Shown one piece after another: positions 22,769 to 34,721 of a stretch of DNA of 64,000 nt (positions are counted from its first letter, which is position 1; the number at the start of each line of letters is the position of its first letter). The notes under the pieces were generated by a model, which was given only the letters and a program-made list of their open reading frames with translations, did not search any database and was not told where the DNA came from. The stretch covers positions 124,001 through 188,000 of the forward strand of contig OZ025742.1 of the NCBI GenBank assembly GCA_964019335.1. The letters run 5' to 3'. This DNA comes from Diplonema japonicum (lineage: Eukaryota; Protista; Euglenozoa: Diplonemea). A program made the position numbers and the translations under genes.

Positions 22769-23307
22769 TTAAAGTAAGTTAGTAAAAGCTTTTCGCCACA
22801 CGTTGTTGCGAGTGTAGGGAACGGCTTTTTTTTCTTTCAAAACCCAGAAGCTTTCTTTCTTTTGGAAGCTTGGTAAGGACTTTTTTTTTTTTTTTCCTAT
22901 TTTTTTTCTATTTTTTTTAAAAATTGACTTTTGGATTCAATAAAAAAAAATAATAAAAAAAACAAAAAGAAGAAAATAAAAAAAGGCACAGGGGGGAGGA
23001 CCGTCTGTCTGAGCTTGTTTCCATATTTTTGAGGTTTTAATATTTCGTCTTTAAAAGAAAAAAGTGTTCTCTTTCTTTCCTTCCTGCTATTTCTAGTTTT
23101 GAAATCATTGTTTCTTTCAGCAAACTTCTGTCTACAAGAAAAAGAATAAAAGGGGGGGGGGGAAACGGAGGGGTAAATGGGGAGTAAGGGGTTTCTGTTT
23201 CACTTTCTTTTTTTTTCTTTCTTCCGTGATTATTTTTTTTTTCATTTCTATTTATCTACCACCTATACCACGCACCCCATTCTATTGGAACACAACACAA
23301 GAAACTT

Positions 23308-23351
<44 letters not shown>

Positions 23352-23416
23352 GGCTGTCCTCGAGTGGGATTGTCTTTTACTATGAGTTTTTTTTTTCTCC
23401 GGTTCTGTTTTTTTTT

Positions 23417-23448
<32 letters not shown>

Positions 23449-24196
23449 GAGCAATGGTTGTGTTTTGGAGGAAAAAAAAAAAAAAAAAGAAAAAACTTTT
23501 TTGTTGACAGAAAAGAAGTTTTCCGTATCTAATATTTTACGTTAAGAAAAGAATTATGTTCCCCCTCCCCCCCCCCTCCCCTTTTTTATTTCCAGGTACT
23601 CCGGCGGTAATCCGGAGAACAGTAGTAAGGCAACCCGCGTAGCACTTGAAAGGATACCCATACTTAAAGAAGAGGTCATGGGACTCAGAAAAAGCGGCGT
23701 TTGAGCCAGCACTCAGCATTTTTTTTTTTTTTTTCCCTTAGGAGTCCTCGCGAGGCGGGAATACATAAGCCTGAAAAAAGAGGAAGAAGAGAAAAAAAAA
23801 AAAAAAAACCCACTCCACCACTTTGTATTTTTTTTTTTAACTTTTAAAAAGGAAAAACGAAAAAAAAGAACCGATTTTTATACAACAATCTTGCCCAAAA
23901 CTCTTATCATATGCAGAGAGCCTTTTTTTTTTTTTTTTTTTTTTTTTATTTCTTTTTTTTTTATATTCTTGTTAAAAGCTGCACCCATAATCTCTTTGTG
24001 GCGCAATTTTACACTTTTTTTTTTTTTTTTTTTTTTTGCCACCAGAGATGGAACCAGAAACGAAGGGGGGGAAAGGAAATCTGGTTGCAGCGATACAATA
24101 TTGCAAAAAAAAAAAAAAAGAAAAAAGGCATCTGCTAGTCATCTTTACCATACGTATAAAAAAACATCTTTTTTTTTTTCCTTTTCTTTTTTCTTC

Positions 24197-24230
<34 letters not shown>

Positions 24231-24520
24231 CTCTCCTTTTTCTTCTTCCCCCTCTGCCCCATCTTTAAGCAAAAAAAAAAAGGGCGGGGGAAAACAACAA
24301 AATGCAAAAGCAGCTGCTTTTTAGGGAGAGTTCAAGGGGGGGGGTGAAATGACCAGTGTTCAACAATTTTTTTTTTATCGCATAGGAAATTTTTTCAGGC
24401 TGGACCGTTATCTGCCTGCGGAACTTTTTTGGGTTTGGGCCAGAAATTTGTCAGGCAAGGGGTCTAGTTCCGGGTACTTGGTCAGCCCGACTTTTCACTT
24501 AACAGTACGGTGCGTCTTTT

Positions 24521-24564
<44 letters not shown>

Positions 24565-24729
24565 GCACAGCCTGTCAGAGGAGGTGTGCAGCCCATTTGA
24601 TTCTGTGTAGCCTCACATGAAGCAAAGCCCTGATGGGAAAAAAAATAAGGGGAGGCAGGCACTCTCTTTTTTTTTTACTTTTTTTTTTTTATAAAAAGTT
24701 TTGTTTCTTATGACATTTCACCTCTTTTT

Positions 24730-24761
<32 letters not shown>

Positions 24762-24984
24762 TCCTGGTCCTATTTAACTCCCGTTGCAAGTTTCCACTTC
24801 ATAAACTCACTTCCCTTTTGCTTTCTCTGCTTTATATCTCTAGTGTGGGGGAGAGGGGAGGGAGGAAAATGAAAAAGAAATTCCATTTTTCTTTGCCCTG
24901 AGAGATATAAGGCGGGTGGTATATACTTCCCCATCCCAGCGGGAGCATGCTTAAACATGAAAGTTTCAGTAGAGACCTCAGTCT

Positions 24985-25016
<32 letters not shown>

Positions 25017-26386
25017 CCCCATCCCCTAGTTCAAAAATAGTTCAGTTTTCTCTCCGTTTTATGGTTCAGTTATTCGAAAAATGTGAAGGGGGAAAAAAAA
25101 AAAGAAAAAGAAAAAAAAAGAAAAAAAAAATGGCAACACCTTAACGAAGTACCCTAGAGATGTGTAAACATGACGAAATATTACACCCCTGCACAGCACG
25201 GAACTCAGACGAGTGTTTGAGTTGCCTTTTTTTTTTTTTTTTTTTTAAACACCTAATTTTTCGTAAACCCATCAAAAAAAAAACAAGCTTAGATGTCTTT
25301 AGTGGACACACGGTGGTGACGGACACGGCTTTTAACAAAGGCAACAATAGGGATTTTTTGTGCTGCCAACCGGTTTTGAAGATGTTTTGGAAAAAAATAC
25401 AAAAGCGACCATAAAACTCCTTCTTTTTTTTTCTTTTTTTTTTTAATCCGGTTTTGGAGAATACTTATTGGAGAGTACTGGGAACAATTAAGAGAAAAAG
25501 ACTATAATACCGCAATAACTAGAACTTGATGAACAAAAAAAAAAGAAGGGTGGGGGGGGGGCAAATAATTTTTTATTCTTTAATCGCCGGAAACTTCCAT
25601 GCTTCTGTTTATCAGATAGAAGAATGGGGTCGAGGGATTGTGAAGGCTCGTATGTTTGTTTTTTTTTTTTTTTTTTTTTTTTTTTCTCCAGGTTCCAGCA
25701 CCTGAGAAAATGAAAGTGCTGACAGCTGAGAAAATACTAGGGGTGCACAGAACAAGATCACAAGAGAATGTAAGATAAACTTGCACCATAAAAGAAGGTT
25801 TTCTCGAGTGGGATTGCTTTTTTACTTTTTGATTTTTTTTTTTTTTTTTTTTTTTTTGGTTTCCAGAGCGAGGTATTCCTTTCATAGTCATTGCCTAAAA
25901 TCTAACTACTGCGAAAAGGGGGGGGGGGGGTAAATACATGTTTTTTATCTCTAAGCTAGGCTTAGACCCAGCGACGGTTAACTGGATACCTATGGGATGT
26001 TTTTTGAGGGGGGGGGGTCCAGAGTTTTCCAGTCATTACGTATTTGCCTGTATTCTTGGTGCCGTGACCTTTTTGTTTTTTGTTGTTTTTCTTTTCTTTT
26101 TTTTTTTTAAAGTCACTGTAGTACAAGCTTTTCTAAGGATTCTGTTGGGCAAAAAATACATGAAAATGGGCCAAAAAGAAAAAGAAAAGAAAAGAAAAGA
26201 AAAGAGAAAAAAGAAAAGGGAAAAAAAAAAAAAAAAGGAAAACTTTTTTGCTACTAAAAAAAAAAGATTTTTTTTTTTCTATTTGGATCAGTGCAGTTTT
26301 TTTTTTCTTTTTTTTTTTCTTTCTTTTTTTTATTGGAAAAAAAAGCATGAACGAAAAGGGGGAAAAAAAAGAGAGAAGGGCTTCTA

Positions 26387-26434
<48 letters not shown>

Positions 26435-27518
26435 CATTGGATTTCGAACCGTATCTGTCACAGAGCATTAGTACAGTGAAATGCCTCAAATGACGAAAGG
26501 ATGACGCCTTACCACCCGGTGGTAAACCATAGTTTTATTCTTGGTAAAAGAAAATTCAAAAACTCGAGTTAAAAGTTATGGATCCCACTTCTTCTTTCAC
26601 CTTCTTCCCTACACAAGGACCAGCAGCTACCACCCAACCCAATGTAAAAGGAAACTTGTGCCGAGAGCCACTTCTCTGCTGCACCTAGCAGGTAGGGCTG
26701 CTGTGTCCTTGATTAGAAAAAAAAATTTTTTTTTTCTAAGATTGCAATTTTTTCCTTCCCCCCCACGTCCCCTGTTTTGTTCCCCCCTCCCACTGCTATT
26801 CTGTTTTCAATTCTAAAGGGAGAAAAGAAAAAAAAAAAGGGAGGGGGAAGAGGGGGGAAAGGTTTTCCCCTGCCTTTCCATCTAATATTCTTTACTCTAT
26901 CCCCCTACACCCTCCACATGAGCAGAGGAGACAGAAAGACAGAAATCTTTTTTTTTTTTCTAAAAGTGGACCACACCAAGAAAAGGGAACAATGGCATTC
27001 AGATTATTTTTTTTTCTTTTTTTTCGAAAAGCTCTTAGAAACACGCACGGTGAGAAAAAAAAAAGAATAAGAAAAAGGGGAGGAAATAAAAATAAAAAAA
27101 AAGAAGCAAGGGTCCCCCCTCTGTCTCGAATTATTATTTTTTTGGGTGGTCCTTGAGTGGGATTTGCCCTTAAACATCGCCTTTTTTTTTTGTTATGGTC
27201 TTTCCCGCAAGAATTAGTCTGTGATTGTCTGAACAAGTGGAAAGAAAGGTAAGAAAAAGAAGAAGAAACAAGTAGTTGTCTATAGGTTTCGCCTTCATAA
27301 CAAAACAGGGGGGGGGGGGGGGGGGGGGGCTTTCAGGGCAGCCTACAAGGTGAGTAGCGACACTTCCCAAGGCGAGCTTTTTCTTTTTTTTTTTTTCTTT
27401 TTTTTTTTTTTCCCGTCTTCCTTTCCCCCGTGTACAAACCGGCTGCTTAGTGCGTTGAGAGAAATTTAAAAAAAAAAAAAAGTGGAAAAAAAAGGATTTG
27501 AAACACTGGGATGGACGG

Positions 27519-27722
27519 GCTCTGCCCACACGTATGAAAATTCACATCCAGATCCAGTATCCCCAACCGGGTCTATACGAGTCAGAATGGACCGGCGAGC
27601 GTAACGCTTCGAGGAAACCTGCCCAGAGCTGGAGAGCAGCCAGGTTCGCCTGGTTAGGGTCCTCCGGGACCCGTAGCTTTTCCGATTCCAGCGACAAGCA
27701 GACTTCGGTCTGTGGCAGAGTT
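27519..27722 (+). ncRNA. Candidate structured RNA of unknown class
   Basis: GC-rich island with three UNCG-tetraloop hairpins (27638-55, 27657-72, 27698-713) and enclosing helices gctgga/tccagc and ctctgcc/ggcagag. Confidence 0.45.
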
Positions 27723-28128
27723 TTAATCTAACAACTTTGCAACAATTAATTAATAGCTCTTGGAAAAAAAAAAAAAAATAATAATTTGTCTCCCCCCCCC
27801 CCCCCCCTTCTTTGTTTTTATTTATTTCTTTTTTATTTAAAATCTTATTTATTCATTTCTTTTTTTTTTTTTCCCCTCTCTCTCCCTTTTTTTTTCTCCT
27901 TCTCGTCGAACAGGCTTGCTTTAGAAAAAAGAAAAGAAAGCTGAGAAGAAAAGAAATACTTTAAGCACGAACTTTCTCTCTTACACCCCACTCCTCTGAG
28001 GGCAACTAGAGAGCAAACAGAAGAAGTATTTTAATTACCAGCTCCATCTAGAGCCTAGAAGAAAAAAAAAGGGGGGGGGAGGAAAAAACGAGAAAGTGCG
28101 ATGTACCTACGATTAAATTTATAAAAAG

Positions 28129-28171
<43 letters not shown>

Positions 28172-28454
28172 ATTATTAACGGGGGGAGGGCTTTTGAAAT
28201 TATCTCAAAAAAAAAAAAAAAAAAAAAAAAAAACAGGGCCGTACTTGAAGAAGTACAAGGGTGGGCAATTAGGGTCACTACCCCTGGTTTCAAAAAAAAA
28301 TCTTTTTTTTTAAAAAGCCTGAAGATAATGTGCATCCCCAGTGGGCCCTTGGTGTGGTGTGCATCGGGTAGAAATGGATTGTTTTTTTTTTTTTTTTTTT
28401 TTTTTTTTTTCTGCATTGCTCCGCTACTGCCCCCATAAATATATGGTACTTACA

Positions 28455-28485
<31 letters not shown>

Positions 28486-29545
28486 CCGAGGCAGCTTTGT
28501 TCTGCTTTTAAGCTTCTGCGGGATAAAATCCGACTTTGCACAATTTTCTTTTTTTTAATTTTCCAGCCTGCTATTATGTAAGTAAAGGGAACGCTCTGTT
28601 TTGAAAAATGTTGGTAATTTTGTCAAAAAAGAAGAAAAAAAAAAGATTATTTTTTTTTTTAAGATACAAGGCCGGTGGAACCCCCTTTTTTTTTTTTTTT
28701 ACTTTCTCCCCTCTTAACACTGCTGATATTGGTGGTTTGCTGTGTAAAGAGAAGGCTGAAGCCTCGCTTTAACTTTTTCTCTCCCTCTCTCCTTCCTCCC
28801 TTTAAAACTTTTTTTTCCCCTTTCTCCCCCCCCCCCCCCTTTTTATTCTCCTATTCTGTGAAATCCTCCTGTCATTGGATACTCAAAAAAAAAAAAAAAA
28901 AAAAACCTATCTTGTTGGCGATGGGGTGAATTAAAACTGCCGGAATTATCTTTTCTTCTCTTATTCTCTTTTTGAGAGGGGTGAAGGAGACGTCAGGTTT
29001 AAAAGCTCCTTTATATTTTCTCTTTCTTTTTTTTTTTTTTTTTCTTCTTCCAAAGTGCATCTTCAGCATCAGTGAAATAGGTTTTTTACAGGAGAATATT
29101 AAAGAAAAAAATAAAGGGAGGGGAAAAAAAGAAAGAGAAGAAAACAAAAAAAAAATAAAAAGAAAATATTATAGCGCTCTGCCAATCCGTTGGGTGGCCT
29201 CAGATGTTTAAAAAAAAAAAAAGAAAATAAATAAAAAAAATCAAAAGATCAACAAAAAAAATAAGAGAAGAGGATAGAAAAGAATTTTTTTTTTGAGATT
29301 GTTTAAACCCGGAGGAAAAAAATTTTAGAATGGGAGGGGAAAAAAAATTACCACAGAACCACAAAATTATTACGCACTTTTTTTTTTCTTTCTTTTTTTT
29401 TCTTCTTTTTTTTTTTCTCTTTTCTCCCTCCCTATGATTTTATTCGCTTTTTTTTTTCCCCCTTTTCTTCCCCCCCCCCCCCGCAAGTTTCGCCAACAAA
29501 AAAAAAACAAAAAAAAAAAAAACCAGCGCTCAAAAAAAAAAAAAA

Positions 29546-30904
29546 ATGGGTTTTGATGACACATTCAAGCAAATGTTGGAACTGGGCCCAAGCGGCATCA
29601 TGACCCGCCCAGATACGCTCTTTGAAATGCTCCTGTGCCTCTGCAGCAGACAAGAGGAAGCGGGGAGGAATCTGAAGCAAATGGAAATGGTGCTAAGCGG
29701 CCAGAACGAACAGTTAAACAACGCAAAACGGGCTATAAATCTAGTGTATAAACAGCAAGGAAGAACTCTCGACACAGAGACCCCACCACCACCACCCCCC
29801 GCGATTGAGGACACTGAAGTTAAAGACCGCCTCGACAGGCTTGACAGAATGCACGACATAACCAGCGAAAGGGTCAGCGTGAATCAAGAACTAGTGACAA
29901 AACTGCAGAGCAGTATCGAGTCCATTGGGACAGCAAAAAACAACCGTTTTCTGAAATTCGAATCCAAGATAACAGAGTTGAACTCTCTAGTCGCTCATCA
30001 CAAACAAGTCCTGACACAGCTGGAAAACAAAGTTAGAAAACTCGACGAAACGCCAGCACCACCACCACTACTCACTGAAAATTGTTCTTACGAAAAACCC
30101 CTCAAAACCCTTGAAAAGAAACTCGTCACCGCCATCACCGAAGTCGCCGAGCGAACCGACACCCACAAGAGCAACGAGGAAGGTGTCCTTCATGCAAGGA
30201 TGCGGGAGATGGAGAAAGCTATGTCAACAAGAGTAAAACAGATAGATGCTATGTACGACCTGTGGGAGGTGTCCAAGCAAGACGCACAGTGGGGCGTGGA
30301 AGGGACCCCCGACGACAGGATCAAGGTCCTCCACGCCACACCTTCCTTTGCAGGGCTCATCATGGCAGTGTCCAGACTCGGCAAAGCACAACAACAACAA
30401 CAACAACAACAGCAGCAGCAGATTCAAGTGCAACCCGCTCCGCAAATCGTCGAAGCACCTCAACCATCTCTTCCACCTGCTACCACAATTATTAGACAGC
30501 AGGTTCAGGAAGACCAGGGAGCGGGGCAGGGGCAGGGGCAGGGAAAGGCGTATCCTGTTGTTGGGTTAGAGATTGTGGATGGTCCCGGGCCGTCGACTGG
30601 TGTAAGAGTGGTATCGGTGTTGCCCAGCAGTCCTGCGCAGCAGGCGGGGATCGCGCCTGGGGACCGGTTGCTCACCTTCAACGAGCACCCAACTGACACA
30701 CGTGCTGCCTTCATGGCCGCGGCCCTCCAGAGCCTGCCTAACAGCACCGTCACTCTGCAGCGCATCACCCCCTCGTCTTCAAAGGTGCAGCTCGTTTCCC
30801 TTGTCCTCGGCTCCTCCACCGTCTCACCGGCTGCCGCCCAACAGCTCCGTGCAGCCTCCAAACGCTCACTTCAACCCCAACACGAGCCCACACCTTGGAG
30901 GTAG
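29546..30904 (+). CDS. Coiled-coil protein with C-terminal PDZ domain
   Basis: 452 aa; VVGLEI...GVRVVSVLPSSPAQQAGIAPGDRLLTFN is a PDZ signature; contains a polyQ tract. Confidence 0.85.
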   Translation: MGFDDTFKQMLELGPSGIMTRPDTLFEMLLCLCSRQEEAGRNLKQMEMVLSGQNEQLNNAKRAINLVYKQQGRTLDTETPPPPPPAIEDTEVKDRLDRLDRMHDITSERVSVNQELVTKLQSSIESIGTAKNNRFLKFESKITELNSLVAHHKQVLTQLENKVRKLDETPAPPPLLTENCSYEKPLKTLEKKLVTAITEVAERTDTHKSNEEGVLHARMREMEKAMSTRVKQIDAMYDLWEVSKQDAQWGVEGTPDDRIKVLHATPSFAGLIMAVSRLGKAQQQQQQQQQQQIQVQPAPQIVEAPQPSLPPATTIIRQQVQEDQGAGQGQGQGKAYPVVGLEIVDGPGPSTGVRVVSVLPSSPAQQAGIAPGDRLLTFNEHPTDTRAAFMAAALQSLPNSTVTLQRITPSSSKVQLVSLVLGSSTVSPAAAQQLRAASKRSLQPQHEPTPWR

Positions 30905-30912
30905 GGTTTTAG

Positions 30913-30951
<39 letters not shown>

Positions 30952-31116
30952 TTAGATTTTTTTTTTATAAATATTTGTTCCCCCCCCCCTTCTCTTGTTC
31001 TCTTTTTTTTTTTTTTTTTCCTAATGTCCCAGCTGCAAAGCGCAAAACCACCCCTTAAAAAAAACACAAGAAGGGGCGCGACACCCCCCCATTAAAAAAA
31101 CCTAAACTTCAAAGTC

Positions 31117-31845
31117 ATGCACCGTCTAGCGCTGTTGTTGCTGTGCGCGGTGGGCGTGGCGTCGATCGACCTGGCCAAGGTGCGGGCCGTGTCCTACAAG
31201 GAGATCGAAAAGCCCGCGGGGGGCAGGGGTGTGGTGGACACGGATGGGGTCCTAGAAAAGGGGGTTGTGGAGGAGGCCATCAAGAAGGTGAAGGGCGAGG
31301 TATACATCGTAGTGGTAGGGCGCATGCTGGTAGAGGACGGGTGGAAGGAGGAAGAGGAAACAAGCGATGAGGGCGAACGTGTGGTGAGGTTCTCAAACAG
31401 CTTGGCACACAGGTGGAGGTGCACAGGTGACTGCATCCTGTTCGTCCTCAGCGTCTCCGACAGGCAGCTAAAGCTCCGCTGTGGGGCACTTGCGGACTAC
31501 CAGATAGATGACATCATCAGCACCATCAAAGAAGACCTCCGAGAGCGGTCCTACACCCAAGCCTGCACTCGCATCATCTCCCTCACCTATTCCACTCTCT
31601 CGGGGACTCCTCCTTCGTGGACTTTTCTTACCTTCGTTGCCGTCCTTCTCCTCTTCTCCATCTCCGCTGTGCTTCTTTTCCCCAAGCATGCTGCTGTTTG
31701 GCTTGCGCTCTTCATCCTGTACCTCATCACGACGCACTGGACGGTGTTGGTCGTTACCTTTGGTGCCGCGCTTGCTGCCGGGTTTAACAAGTTCAACCAG
31801 CAACGGCCCTTGTCGCCTGTTCCCGATCCCTGGGCTGTGCTTTGA
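31117..31845 (+). CDS. TPM-domain (TLP18.3/Psb32/MOLO-1) membrane protein
   Basis: Signal peptide, ILFVLSVSDRQLKL...IISTIKEDLRERSYTQAC (TPM-like) and C-terminal hydrophobic helices. Confidence 0.7.
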   Translation: MHRLALLLLCAVGVASIDLAKVRAVSYKEIEKPAGGRGVVDTDGVLEKGVVEEAIKKVKGEVYIVVVGRMLVEDGWKEEEETSDEGERVVRFSNSLAHRWRCTGDCILFVLSVSDRQLKLRCGALADYQIDDIISTIKEDLRERSYTQACTRIISLTYSTLSGTPPSWTFLTFVAVLLLFSISAVLLFPKHAAVWLALFILYLITTHWTVLVVTFGAALAAGFNKFNQQRPLSPVPDPWAVL

Positions 31846-32305
31846 TGGGGAGGGGGGGAGTTAACCACTGAACCCACGACATTCAACAAAAAAAAAAAGA
31901 AAAAGTCCATAGCACCTTTTGGTCAAATAGCAACCTGCCATTCTCTTTTGTTTGGCGTTGCGCGATTTTTTTTTTTTTTTTTATTATTCCACTTTCGGCA
32001 TTATTTTAAGAACTCGAGGGGTTTAAAATCCGGGGGAAAGTGACAATGAAGAATATTTGACCCCACCTGAAGGAGGGCGTCACCGTGATCTTCAGGAGCC
32101 CGAAACACCGACAAGTACCAGAAACTCACCGATAGGCCCCCCGGACGCCAGAGAGTGAAATGCAAGCTAAATCTGGGCTAGATTAGTTTTTTGTATTTAG
32201 TGGTTTAGAAGTTTTAGAAGAAGAAATTTGAAGGGAAAAAAAAGAGAAAAGTGTGAGAATGAGTGGAAAAAAAAAAGTTTGACGAGTTTAATTTTTGTTT
32301 TTTTC

Positions 32306-32345
<40 letters not shown>

Positions 32346-32489
32346 GTTCCCCCACCTCCGTTTCCCATAAAGCAACTTCTCTATTTTTTTTTTTTCTTCT
32401 TGTGTTGCTGCAAGAGGATTTAAATATAAAATAATAATAATAATAAAAACCAGAAACACACACACAAAAAACTTTTTACAAAAACAACT

Positions 32490-32739
32490 ATGGGTGCCAT
32501 CACTGACCTCAAGAAGACCGGGCTTACTGGCGTTCACCACGTGCACACTCTTAAGCCCGCGAAGCCTGCAGCACCGATCCCGGCAGCCCCCGCTTCGGGC
32601 CCGAAGAAGCACCACCACTACATTGCTGCCATTGTTTCTGGTGTGACATGACACACAGGGAGAGGGGGGAAGAAGAAAAAAAAGGGGAAAAAAGAAGAAC
32701 TAACAACAAACAGCGCCTGCATTAATCCAGATCGACTGA
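32490..32739 (+). CDS. Putative 58-aa microprotein; join(32490..32640,32714..32739)
   Basis: GC-rich coding-like island absent from the ORF track: MGAITDLKKTGLTGVHHVHTLKPAKPAAPIPAAPASGPKKHHHYIAAIVSAPALIQID, with a 73-nt purine-rich GT-AG intron. Confidence 0.55.
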
Positions 32740-32974
32740 ACGTACACAACATTTGGCATGCCTTTAAATGAAGCTTTAAATTTAAAAAAAAAAAAAGAAA
32801 TTAAACAAAAATACCCTCCTAAAGAAAACTTTCTTTTCATTACACTTTTATTAAAAAAAAAAAAAAAAAACTGGTAGTTTATTTGTACGTGCTACCCCTT
32901 TGGGAAAAAAAAAAAAAAAAAAAAAAACCACACACAACAGGAGGAGGGGGGGGGAAGAAAAAAAAGAAAAAGAA

Positions 32975-34369
32975 ATGGCATTTCAAGACAACAGCCTCAC
33001 GGGGATGGAAGACACCCCCGAGGCGCGCATGGATAGAATCCGCGAGCTGCTGCTGAACAACCGGCCGAAACAAGTGGTGCTGGCGAACGTGAAAAGCCCG
33101 CAGCAAAAAGTTGCGGAGAGGCTCGGCTTGGCACAGCACCCGAAGGCAGCCGCACACACCCCTCCACCCCAACAACAACAACAACCACTAAGCCAACAAC
33201 CCAATCAACCCCCTCAAACACCAGACGCTTCCGAAGCCAACATAAAAGCTATGATGATGTCTTTAAAGGTTCAAAACGATCACCTTCGAGCAGCACTGCA
33301 CCGAACAACACAAGAGATCACCTCCTTACGTGCGGGTGCCTTCCTATCACTCCAATCAGACCAGTTCAAAGACCGCCGGTTCATTGAAGAACAGGAGCAG
33401 CACTACTGGGATTACATCAAGGTGGAACACGCGGTGGGGGAACGGGAAGAAACTTGGAAGAATATCGTGAGGGATATCGAGGCAAAACGGGTGGAGGAGG
33501 TTCAAAAGAAAGTTCCGGTTTTATCACCGCCTGTGGTGGCGTTTACCCCACAACCGCAACAGGTGGACGGGGGTGTGAAACGAATTGTGGCCGAGCTTCG
33601 AGACGAGCTCACAATGTTACGCAGGCAGTACAACAACGACAAGGCCCTGCACAACAAGGAGCGGGATCTTTGGAAGCAAGAACGAGAAGACCTCCTTGCC
33701 GCGTTGAAAATGCACAAACAATCTTCGAACAAACGCTCCACGTCTTCAGGAGCAACCCCTACCGCAACGTCACGACAGTACCACCCCAAGGACACCTACC
33801 CTCAAGTTTCCGAAATCGAAAAACAATTGCGAGCACGAGAGAAGAAGCGTGCCAGGATGGACAACATGCGGGAGAAGGAAAATTTTATGGCACGAGTTGC
33901 CTTCGGAAAATTGGAAAACACGGAACGAAGCGGCCTCGAGGTACAAGAGGACGACGAACGGAACAATTTAATCGTGAGGAGAACCTCTCAGAAACCCGCT
34001 GCGGTTGTTGCAGCGCGAAGTGATATTGAAGAAGTCCTCAAGTTGCTGCGGAATGGTATATCATCTGGTGCCATTTCAAAGACAGCTTTGCAAGGTGTTG
34101 TTGAAGGAAGCACCATCCCCCCTGCTTACGACGCGAGGTACGACCTTCTCTTTGCGCACCAAAGGGAGGCGCATGAAAATTTTGAAGGTCTCGTGCCCAC
34201 AGAGCAAGCTCCCCAACACCTCCCTTCGCTCCCATCGACCGCTGCGGGGACCCCCGCCACCACGCCTAAGGAGGCGAATCTCAACTCGCTCCTCACCACT
34301 CAGCTTCAAGAACTCGCCGTGCAGAACTCCGATCTTGCTTTGGACGGCTTCGACACCGATATTTTGTGA
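32975..34369 (+). CDS. Hypothetical coiled-coil protein
   Basis: 464-aa ORF from the ATG at 32975, with E/R/Q-rich heptads. Confidence 0.8.
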   Translation: MAFQDNSLTGMEDTPEARMDRIRELLLNNRPKQVVLANVKSPQQKVAERLGLAQHPKAAAHTPPPQQQQQPLSQQPNQPPQTPDASEANIKAMMMSLKVQNDHLRAALHRTTQEITSLRAGAFLSLQSDQFKDRRFIEEQEQHYWDYIKVEHAVGEREETWKNIVRDIEAKRVEEVQKKVPVLSPPVVAFTPQPQQVDGGVKRIVAELRDELTMLRRQYNNDKALHNKERDLWKQEREDLLAALKMHKQSSNKRSTSSGATPTATSRQYHPKDTYPQVSEIEKQLRAREKKRARMDNMREKENFMARVAFGKLENTERSGLEVQEDDERNNLIVRRTSQKPAAVVAARSDIEEVLKLLRNGISSGAISKTALQGVVEGSTIPPAYDARYDLLFAHQREAHENFEGLVPTEQAPQHLPSLPSTAAGTPATTPKEANLNSLLTTQLQELAVQNSDLALDGFDTDIL

Positions 34370-34614
34370 CAGTCTGAAAAGCAGAATCCCACTCGAACCA
34401 AAGTGATACATTAATAAATAGATTCCCCACCCTTCCCCCCGCTCCTCTTTTTTTTTTTTTTTTTTTTTTTTGTGTGTTTTTTTAGAAATTTATAGGGAGA
34501 TAGGTGGGGGGGGGGGGGGGTACATAAGTTAACAAAACAAAAAAACAAAAAAAAAAACAAAATATAAAAAAAAAAAAGTTCACACCCCCTCCTCCTATGT
34601 ACATCTCATTTTAT

Positions 34615-34647
<33 letters not shown>

Positions 34648-34721
34648 GCCGACACGAAACTGTAAAATCCACAACAAGGGAGGGGGACCCCCCACCCCCT
34701 TATTTGTTGGCCGTTTCGCCA

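Noticed and set aside
23537-23719. 60-aa minus-strand ORF after an A-run
   Set aside because: Opposite to the cluster strand, no homology recognised, and it runs into low-complexity sequence.
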